Origin: Candidatus Magasanikbacteria bacterium GW2011_GWA2_37_8
GTDB lineage: Bacteria > Patescibacteriota > Patescibacteriia > Magasanikbacterales > GWA2-37-8
Length of the DNA: 64,000 nt
NCBI GenBank assembly: GCA_000992085.1
Contig: LBTN01000005.1
Span: forward strand, 4,999-68,998
Reading direction: 5' to 3'
Shown here: positions 57,252-64,000 of the stretch, one piece after another
How positions within the stretch are numbered: position 1 is the first letter of the stretch
How the letters are laid out: the number at the start of each line of letters is the position of its first letter
The notes under the pieces: generated by a model
Seen by the model: only the letters and a program-made list of their open reading frames with translations
The model's database searches: none
What the model was told of the DNA's origin: nothing
Made by a program: the position numbers and the translations under genes

Positions 57252-57965
57252 GTTTGAGTGGGGGATGCGATGAAGATCCATTCGCACACCACATTTTTTT
57301 CTGAATTATTTTGGAAAAAAATGTGGAGGATATTGCGAATGGATTTTTGTTTTGTAATTTAAGTTAGTCAACCCAATCTGTAATATAATTATAATTGTGT
57401 TACTATAAATTTAGTGAATTAACTGTTCAGAGATTGGGGAGGTTTTCATGGGGAAGCGTTCACACAAGAAGCGAGATTGGGAGGCTGACTACAACGACCT
57501 CCCGAGCTTCCGTCGTGCGTGACAGTTCGTGAACATGAACATGAAGGATTTCAAAGTTGCTGTTATGAAGATTGAACGTCGTGGTCGTCGTGCGGAAGCT
57601 GGATTAGGCTTTTCCAGGCGCGAGGAGCATGAGTGCTTGGGTACCTTCTACCCCAAGTAACACATGCGGAAGTCCTGAAACAGCGCTTCTCAGACACCAC
57701 CCCCCCTTCGGCGCGAAGGGGGCGAGGCTATGCGGTACCACATCTACCGTCGACATTCACTCAGATTATTTAATCACCTTGAATAATTTGAAAGGAGTTC
57801 TGTCGACGGTTTTTGTTTTATATTCATCAAAATAGTTCTAACATCCTCTACTAAGGAGCCCATCGTAAAACTTCGCTTAAATAGCGGGGTTTTTGTTTTA
57901 TAAGTTATCCACACTTGACGAGTTTAATTAGGTGGTGTATCATTCAAACATACATTTGAACGTAT

Positions 57966-58259
57966 ATGATAAAAAAAATAGGCAACAAAGATTTAAAAGT
58001 ACTAGCCAAAAGACTGCAGGCTGCTTCAGAGCCTACGCGTCTACAAATTTTATGTTTGATATTTGGTAAAGAAAAGGTATGTGTTTCGGAGATAGCTAAA
58101 AAGCTTAAATTAAGTGTTGCTATTGTTTCTCATCATTTGCAGGCTCTTTACAAAGAAGGCATTTTAAATCCAGAACGAGAAGGTAAAAGAATTTGTTATA
58201 TTCTTGCCGAGACCGATTTTGTAAACGACCTTAAAAATTTAATTTGTAAATATAAATAG
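57966..58259 (+). CDS. ArsR/SmtB family transcriptional regulator
   Basis: Winged HTH (ASEPTRLQILCLIF...VCVSEIAKKLKLSVAIVSHHLQALYKEGIL). Confidence 0.75.
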   Translation: MIKKIGNKDLKVLAKRLQAASEPTRLQILCLIFGKEKVCVSEIAKKLKLSVAIVSHHLQALYKEGILNPEREGKRICYILAETDFVNDLKNLICKYK

Positions 58260-58283
58260 TTTTATTAATTTAACTTTAATAAT

Positions 58284-58520
58284 ATGGAAAACAAAGTTTT
58301 TGTTTATTCTACACCTTCTTGTCCGTATTGCCATATGGCCAAGGATTATTTTAAAAATAATGGCGTAGAGTTTGTTGATTACAATGTGGCAGAAGATCAG
58401 CTTAAGGCACAAGAAATGATTACAAAAAGCGGGCAGATGGGCGTGCCAGTAATAGATATTAATGGTGAAATAATTATCGGTTATCGACCAGATGTTTTTC
58501 AACAATTACTTGGTAAATAA
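58284..58520 (+). CDS. Glutaredoxin/NrdH-like redoxin
   Basis: CPYC active site. 78 aa. Confidence 0.8.
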   Translation: MENKVFVYSTPSCPYCHMAKDYFKNNGVEFVDYNVAEDQLKAQEMITKSGQMGVPVIDINGEIIIGYRPDVFQQLLGK

Positions 58521-58699
58521 TTTGTTTAATAAACCCGACTCCGACCCTTGGGTCGGAATATCTGGGCGGGTTTTTTAGTAGTAGAGTCAGCCCCGCCGAC
58601 GTAACTTCTAATAAACAAGCACCTTAATAAATAGGGTGCTTTTTTAATTGCGTAATTAAAAATTTTGTGGTATAAATTAGGGGTTAATTATTTTTTATT

Positions 58700-59896
58700 A
58701 TGCCTTCAAATAATCCATCTTGCCCCGATTGTGGCAGTGCCCCAGTAAATCATACGCTCGAGAGTTTTGATAACTGGATGGAAATTATTACTAATCCAGT
58801 ACTTTTGCCTTTGGATAGATTGCGCCAGTGGATTTTTCCGGCTACTTCTTGGATAGGAGATTATTTGGCACCAGTATTAATGGAATTTTTTGTTTTAATT
58901 AAACTAGCTCGTTGGATTGATGAACCAGAAGATAAAATTTCGGTACGAGCCAAATGTTTTTGGGAAGAAGCTAAAAAACGCGGTATTAAAATGCGCGAGT
59001 GGCGATTATTTAACTTACCTAATGAAACTTTTTTGGCAGAATGGAAAAAGCAAAAGTGTATTTTTCAGGGGTTGCCTCGTCCTAATGGTCCAGATTCTGA
59101 TTCTCTAATTTGGATGGACAATAAAGCCGAAATGAAGAAAAATTTTTTAATGTGGGGTATACCAGTAGCCAAAGGCAGGGCAGTTTTTAGTGTTAAAAAA
59201 GCCATTTTTATATTTAATAATTTAGCCAAACCAGTAATCGTAAAACCAGCCTCTGGTTCACGTAGTCGTCATACTACTATTCATATTGAAACCGAAAAAG
59301 AATTAATCGAAGCTTTTAATAAAGCCAAAATGATTTGTCCGCTTGTAATGGTGGAGGAAGAATTGCAGGGAAGTGTTTATCGAGCGATTGTAGTTGGTGG
59401 AAAATTAGAGGGAGTTTTGCGACGTGACCCAGCAGCAGTAGAAGGCGATGGTATTCATACAGTGCGGGAGTTAGTAGAAATAGAAAACAAAAAACCCCTG
59501 CGTCAGGGTCCGTTATTCCATTATTTGGTAGCCGACGAAGCAACAGAATCGGAATTAAAACGTCAAAATTTAAATTGGGATAGTGTGCCAATGTTAAATA
59601 GGATTGTTGCGCTTGGAACTAAAACTAGTCGCGGAGTGGGTGGTGCTTTAGTAGATGTAACCGATATAGCCCACCCAGATAACATAAAATTATTTACTTT
59701 TATTGCTGAAAAATTAAAAGACTCTTTAGTAGGGATTGATTTTATTATTTCTGATATTAAAAAATCGTGGCAAGAGCAGCCACGATCGGGCGTAATTGAA
59801 TGTAATAGTATGCCGTTTATTGATCTACATCATTATCCTTTGCAAGGTACACCGCGTAATGTGGCCGGCGCACTTTGGGATATTATCTTTCGTTAG
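58700..59896 (+). CDS. Cyanophycin-synthetase-like ATP-grasp protein lacking the Mur-ligase half
   Basis: Extended similarity to the CphA N-terminal and ATP-grasp region (PVIVKPASGSRSRHT.., YRAIVVGGKLEGVLRRDPAAVEGDGIHTVRELV, IECNSMPFIDLHHYPLQGTPRNVAGALWDIIF). N-terminal CPDCGS motif plus a hydrophobic helix. Ends where the CphA M-domain would begin. Confidence 0.6.
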   Translation: MPSNNPSCPDCGSAPVNHTLESFDNWMEIITNPVLLPLDRLRQWIFPATSWIGDYLAPVLMEFFVLIKLARWIDEPEDKISVRAKCFWEEAKKRGIKMREWRLFNLPNETFLAEWKKQKCIFQGLPRPNGPDSDSLIWMDNKAEMKKNFLMWGIPVAKGRAVFSVKKAIFIFNNLAKPVIVKPASGSRSRHTTIHIETEKELIEAFNKAKMICPLVMVEEELQGSVYRAIVVGGKLEGVLRRDPAAVEGDGIHTVRELVEIENKKPLRQGPLFHYLVADEATESELKRQNLNWDSVPMLNRIVALGTKTSRGVGGALVDVTDIAHPDNIKLFTFIAEKLKDSLVGIDFIISDIKKSWQEQPRSGVIECNSMPFIDLHHYPLQGTPRNVAGALWDIIFR

Positions 59897-60314
59897 GTTT
59901 TTCTTCTACCATCCATTCCCCTAGCATTTTTTTAAATTCTTCTTTACGCTCGGAGGTGTCTTTGTCGTGCAAATGGTCGAGCGGGCTATACTCTGGGGTT
60001 AATTCATGATGACCGCGAATTTCATTATCAATAAATAGTCGTACATGATATTGATAACGGAAATTTTCACGTAAACGTAAACTAATTAATTCCTCATCAT
60101 CTATCCAAGCGATACGATTTTTTTCAAAACCTTGATCTAGTAGATACTGATTAAACCCTCCTATAGTACGTCCGGGTGCCAACCAACCCAAGTGGTATTC
60201 TTGGCGTTTTGGGTAAGGTGCATAGCCAAAAAATTTTGATATATTTCGACCAATAGGGAAAAAAGGGTTTAAAATCCACCAAAGATATTTTTTTAGATAA
60301 TCATGCCAACACAT
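59883..60314 (-). CDS. Hypothetical protein
   Basis: 143-aa ORF convergent with, and overlapping by 14 bp, the ATP-grasp gene. Confidence 0.35.
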   Translation of the reverse strand: MCWHDYLKKYLWWILNPFFPIGRNISKFFGYAPYPKRQEYHLGWLAPGRTIGGFNQYLLDQGFEKNRIAWIDDEELISLRLRENFRYQYHVRLFIDNEIRGHHELTPEYSPLDHLHDKDTSERKEEFKKMLGEWMVEEKPNER

Positions 60315-60494
60315 AAGAGTATTTATTATTATATATTATACCTATTATTTAAAAATGTTTCCAGAGGGCGTATTTAACTTGTTAGAAATGCAGTTTGATG
60401 GTAAGATATGTTCACTTAAATATATTATAAATATATTCTCATTCGTTCAAAAAAGAATAAATAAATTTATTCTTTTCACTCACTCATTTCGAAT

Positions 60495-61238
60495 ATGAAA
60501 ATACATTTTTTGGGTACCAATAATTGGTATGATACAAAAACTGGTCAGACGCCGTGTACTTTAATTGACACTAAGGAAGCTTATATTATTTTGGATGCTG
60601 GTTATGGTATTCATAAAGTAGATAAATACATAAAACCAGGAAAACCAATTTATTTGTTTATTTCACATTTACATGTTGATCATATTTGCGGTTTACATGT
60701 TTTGCCAAAATTTAAGTTTACCGAACCGCTAACGATTTTTTGTGCTGATGAATCAAAAAAGTATTTGACAAAATTTACCCAGCATCCGTTTATGTCGCCA
60801 ATTAAAAATTTGCCTTACAAAACTAAAATAGTTGGTATTAGACCAGGTAAGTTTGTTAAGCCGCTATCGTTTGTTTGTAAAAATTTGAAGCACATAGATT
60901 ACGATTTGGGTTATAGGTTTAATTTGGAAAGAAAAATTATTACTTATTGTGCCGATACCGCTGTTTGCGAAAATGATTATTTGTTAGCTAAAGATGCAGA
61001 TCTATTAATGCATGAATGCGCTTTTTCACCTGGTAGCGTGCATGATGCTTGGGGACATAGTAATCCCGAAGATGGTGCTAAGCTCGCTAAACGAGCGCAG
61101 GTAAAAAAATTAATGCTTACTCTTTTTGGTGCCAGTGGCTATCCGTCGGTAATGCATCGGCAAGAGGCGCAGCGGGTGGCACGAAAGATATTTGCACCCA
61201 CAGAAATTGCTTATGATGATTTGATAGTAGAACTGTAA
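60495..61238 (+). CDS. MBL-fold metallo-hydrolase (RNase Z/PhnP-like)
   Basis: HxHxDH motif SHLHVDHICG and downstream His/Asp ligands. Confidence 0.7.
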   Translation: MKIHFLGTNNWYDTKTGQTPCTLIDTKEAYIILDAGYGIHKVDKYIKPGKPIYLFISHLHVDHICGLHVLPKFKFTEPLTIFCADESKKYLTKFTQHPFMSPIKNLPYKTKIVGIRPGKFVKPLSFVCKNLKHIDYDLGYRFNLERKIITYCADTAVCENDYLLAKDADLLMHECAFSPGSVHDAWGHSNPEDGAKLAKRAQVKKLMLTLFGASGYPSVMHRQEAQRVARKIFAPTEIAYDDLIVEL

Positions 61239-61261
61239 TAAAAAATAAACCCATCAGAGGG

Positions 61262-61295
61262 TTTATTTTTTATTTTGTTGCGGGGCTCGGCGCTT
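61262..61295. repeat. Duplicate of the tRNA-Met 3' end (att-like direct repeat)
   Basis: TTTTATTTTGTTGCGGGGCTCGG at 61267-61292 repeats TTTTATTTGTTGCGGGGCTCGG at 61438-61460, about 170 bp apart. Confidence 0.6.
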
Positions 61296-61448
61296 CGCTA
61301 TTTGAAATCGTCGCTTTGCTCCTCTTTGGAAAACCTTTGGGTTTTCCAATACCTTTCCTCAGCAAGAGAAAACTCCCGTTTTCTCCCTTTCCCCTTTAAA
61401 TCCGAGCCAAAATAAAAATGACCCACGTTGTGGATCATTTTTATTTGT

Positions 61449-61520
61449 TGCGGGGCTCGGATTTGAACCGAGAACCTTCGGGTTATGGGCCCGACGAGCT
61501 GCCAGGTTGCTCTACCCCGC
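61449..61520 (-). tRNA. tRNA-Met (anticodon CAU)
   Basis: Acceptor GCGGGGU/GCCCCGC, anticodon stem UCGGG/CCCGA with loop CCCAUAA, T-loop GGTTCAAATCC. Confidence 0.7.
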
Positions 61521-61757
61521 TATTTAGTATGTTCCCATTATACCTGAATATTTAATTTTGTCAACCCAATGTACAGCCACCCTTCAAGAGTTACACTGTA
61601 TATAGAATAATTAGCTAAAAAACAACATTTTATAATAATTATTTTTATGAAGTTTAAAGTGTTTAAGCAAAAATAAATAAGGTGTCACCTCCCGCTATAA
61701 ATTTACCGCTTTATTATCAGCAAAACTTCTCTATATTAAAGAGAAGTTTTTTAAGTG

Positions 61758-61829
61758 AGCGGGTAAGGGGAGTCGAACCCCTGTCACGAGTTTGGAAAAC
61801 TCGGATAATAGCCGTTATATGATACCCGC
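61758..61829 (-). tRNA. tRNA-Gly (anticodon UCC)
   Basis: Acceptor GCGGGTA/TACCCGC, anticodon stem CGAGT/ACTCG with loop UUUCCAA, T-loop GGTTCGACTCC. Confidence 0.7.
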
Positions 61830-61990
61830 GAGGAGTGTCGCGAAAAATAAAATTTATTTTATTTTTCATGACCGACGAGCGGTATTATATACCTTAGTAT
61901 ATGATACCCGCAGTGAGCGAAGAGTAAAAACAAGTTTTTGCTCTTTCGAGCGAAGGTATTATATATGGAACATATATGATACCCGCAGTG
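61830..61990. repeat. Two tandem 75-bp repeats, each ending in a copy of the tRNA-Gly(UCC) 5' end
   Basis: TATATGATACCCGC(A/G) occurs at 61815-61829 (the true tRNA 5' end), 61898-61912 and 61972-61986. Each unit also contains TATATAATACC. Confidence 0.6.
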
Positions 61991-62130
61991 ATTAACACAT
62001 AAAATTCTACCCTATTTTTAGACAAAAGTCAATACTCATCTTGACAATAATTATTGACTCCTAAAAAATAAAATGATAAAATTTATCTTATTAACCACCC
62101 TGGTTAAATTTAATTTTAACTTTTAGTATA

Positions 62131-62283
62131 TGGTTTTCAGCCAGTCTAATCCTCCGGAAGATAATTTTGATGAGGAGGAGGAGGAGGAGGAGGAGGAAAA
62201 TAGCGATGACGAATTAGATGGAGACGAAAAATTAGGAAAAGAAAATTGGGGAGACGGAACAGAAGACGACGACAACGAATTTT
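62131..62283 (+). CDS. Small acidic ORF containing a (GAG)8 microsatellite
   Basis: MVFSQSNPPEDNFDEEEEEEEENSDDELDGDEKLGKENWGDGTEDDDNEF. No ribosome-binding site. Followed by a bidirectional terminator at 62290-62328. Confidence 0.25.
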
Positions 62284-62331
62284 AAAACAAAAAAACTGCT
62301 TCGCATTTAAGCGAAGCAGTTTTTTATTAAC

Positions 62332-62901
62332 TTATTCTTTAGAAGCCCGGGCCGAATATTCACCGGTTTCAGTATTTACCAAAATCTCTTCACCTTCTTT
62401 AATAAATATTGGCGCATAAATATGTAAACCATTATCAAGCACAATTTCTTTAGTAACATTTCCCGAAGCAGAATCGCCGCGTACTGCTGGCGGAGCCTCA
62501 ACCACCTTGTATTGAATCTTTTTTGGAATTTGAATTGATACTGCACGACCTTCATACAAGCCAATTATACACTCTACCCCCTCTTTTAAATATTTTGCTT
62601 CATCACCAATAAGATCGCCACTCATTTCAATTTGTTCATAACTGCTAGTATCCATAAAAGCAAAATTCTCGCCAGCTTTATACAAATACTGCATAGTTTG
62701 AAATTGCACCTGCACAATATCTACTGATTCACTAGTTTTGTAAGTGTTTTCCATTACCTTGCCAGTAGCCAAACTTTTCATACGAGTACGTACAAACGCA
62801 GCCCCTTTGCCTGGGTTGATATGTTGAAATTCAACTACGACAAATAAATCACCATTACTTTTAATTACTACTCCCTTACGAATTTCGGATGTTGCGGCCA
62901 T
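62332..62901 (-). CDS. efp: Elongation factor P
   Basis: KPGKGAAF loop carrying the modifiable Lys. Three OB-like domains. Confidence 0.9.
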   Translation of the reverse strand: MAATSEIRKGVVIKSNGDLFVVVEFQHINPGKGAAFVRTRMKSLATGKVMENTYKTSESVDIVQVQFQTMQYLYKAGENFAFMDTSSYEQIEMSGDLIGDEAKYLKEGVECIIGLYEGRAVSIQIPKKIQYKVVEAPPAVRGDSASGNVTKEIVLDNGLHIYAPIFIKEGEEILVNTETGEYSARASKE

Positions 62902-62927
62902 ATGTTTAAATTTTTAATTTAAAATTT

Positions 62928-63941
62928 TTAATTTACGAGTTGATCGGCAACTGAACCAAATATTACTTCATTAATATCTTTTGCTTCAGTTAAAATCATT
63001 ACCAACCTATCTACCCCCAAAGCAATACCACCAGCACTAGGAATATTTGATAAAGATTCTATAAAATCTTTATCAACCCCAAATATTTCACGACCTAATT
63101 CTTGGCGCTTGGCTTGGTCTTGCTCCAAATTATACAACTGTTTTACTGGATTAGTCAACTCCCCAAAGGCATTGGCTAGTTCTAACCCGTTAATATATAA
63201 CTCAAACCGTTCGGCATAACGCTGGTCTTTTTGGCTAAGATTAGATAAAGAACACATTTGGGCAGGATAATCATAAACAAAAACTGGACGTTCTTTGCCT
63301 AAATGCGATTCAATTTTATTTAAAAAAACCTTGTAGAACAAATCTTCATACGCATCTTCTTCTGATACTTGATAACCACAAGATTTAACAAAATCACGCA
63401 TTTTATTAATTTCTAACAATTCATTAAAATCAACATCCACATATTTCTGCCATAATTCTTTTACGCTTATTCGATCGTAATTTGATTGCAAATTATAAAT
63501 TTTGGACAATGCTAATTTGGCATCAACAAATTTTATCAACTTTTCTGTGTCATCCATTATTTCTACCAGTGTCCCTGGTGATCGATACCATTCGAGCATG
63601 GTAAACTCGGTATTATGAGTACCACCAAATGATTCATAATCACGCCAACATTTGGCTAGTTGAAAAATTTTATCAAAACCAACAGCCAACAATTTCTTCA
63701 TCGCAAACTCTGGTGAAGTTTGTAAATAAAAACGAGCGGCTTCGCTGTTTGGGTTATGGATATCTACTGGCACTGGATTTAAATATGGTTCTTGGCCAGG
63801 AAAACGCACTGCCACTGGAGTATCGGTTTCCACAAAATTTTCTAACCAAAAAAATTCACGAATTAAACGAATAACTTTAATTCGAGTTTCGTAAATACTT
63901 TTTAGTCGGGGATTGTTTTGTAAATCTTGCCAATTGGACAT
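62928..63941 (-). CDS. epmA: EF-P (R)-beta-lysine ligase (PoxA/GenX, LysRS class II paralog)
   Basis: Class II aaRS catalytic core without an anticodon-binding domain (FYLQTSPE..., motifs 2 and 3 ..GGIALGVDRLVM). Adjacent to efp. Confidence 0.8.
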   Translation of the reverse strand: MSNWQDLQNNPRLKSIYETRIKVIRLIREFFWLENFVETDTPVAVRFPGQEPYLNPVPVDIHNPNSEAARFYLQTSPEFAMKKLLAVGFDKIFQLAKCWRDYESFGGTHNTEFTMLEWYRSPGTLVEIMDDTEKLIKFVDAKLALSKIYNLQSNYDRISVKELWQKYVDVDFNELLEINKMRDFVKSCGYQVSEEDAYEDLFYKVFLNKIESHLGKERPVFVYDYPAQMCSLSNLSQKDQRYAERFELYINGLELANAFGELTNPVKQLYNLEQDQAKRQELGREIFGVDKDFIESLSNIPSAGGIALGVDRLVMILTEAKDINEVIFGSVADQLVN

Positions 63942-64000
63942 GGTTGCATTTTTAATTTTTAACCAACCCTTTTAAAAAACACGACACACTATGGTAGTGC

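Noticed and set aside
57448-57660. Two tiny ORFs (24 and 42 aa) with ribosome-binding sites inside the GC-rich cassette downstream of tRNA-Gly
   Set aside because: They are too short and have no recognisable family. They are noted only as part of the cassette.
62131-62283. Small acidic protein gene with a GAG microsatellite
   Set aside because: It has no ribosome-binding site and is below the ORF-track threshold. It may simply be low-complexity spacer. Kept as a low-confidence feature only.

Overview
The window is AT-rich (about 35% GC), gene-dense bacterial chromosome with weak or absent Shine-Dalgarno sequences, consistent with a reduced, CPR-like genome. Housekeeping content: gatCAB, guaB, a near-complete pyrimidine operon (pyrB-pyrI-pyrC, an extra carbamoyltransferase, pyrD-pyrK-pyrE-pyrF), ruvA, Nif3, an EpmB/KamA-like radical SAM enzyme next to two Ddl-like ATP-grasp ligases, ileS, rpe, trxB, ruvC, yebC, rpoC-rpoB, ruvB, efp-epmA, four tRNAs, and a class II (B12-dependent) ribonucleotide reductase carrying a LAGLIDADG intein. 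Three things are not explained by ordinary annotation. (1) Two families of miniature repeats: a (GGARTAA)n heptamer family found in 5' UTRs, at gene ends and in-frame inside ileS, and a TTGGCTRTGAACTA palindromic family that fills every pyr intergenic spacer, supplies stop codons and is also embedded in-frame in pyrC. (2) At least five small cassettes at about 55-62% GC, each with a canonical GGAGG ribosome-binding site and its own intrinsic terminator, inserted between native genes. Two of them sit beside tRNA genes. (3) A roughly 8.5 kb segment (tRNA-Leu, HNH endonuclease, GC-rich ORFs, a decayed PduO gene, a TrmB regulator, intein-bearing nrdJ) bracketed by a 40-bp direct repeat that contains a perfect DnaA box. 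There are also tRNA-end duplications that look like att-site remnants, a pyrB leader-peptide attenuator candidate, a 60-bp in-frame tandem duplication in ruvB, a truncated rpiB and a stand-alone cyanophycin-synthetase-like ATP-grasp protein. No CRISPR array, integrase, transposase or rRNA was seen.
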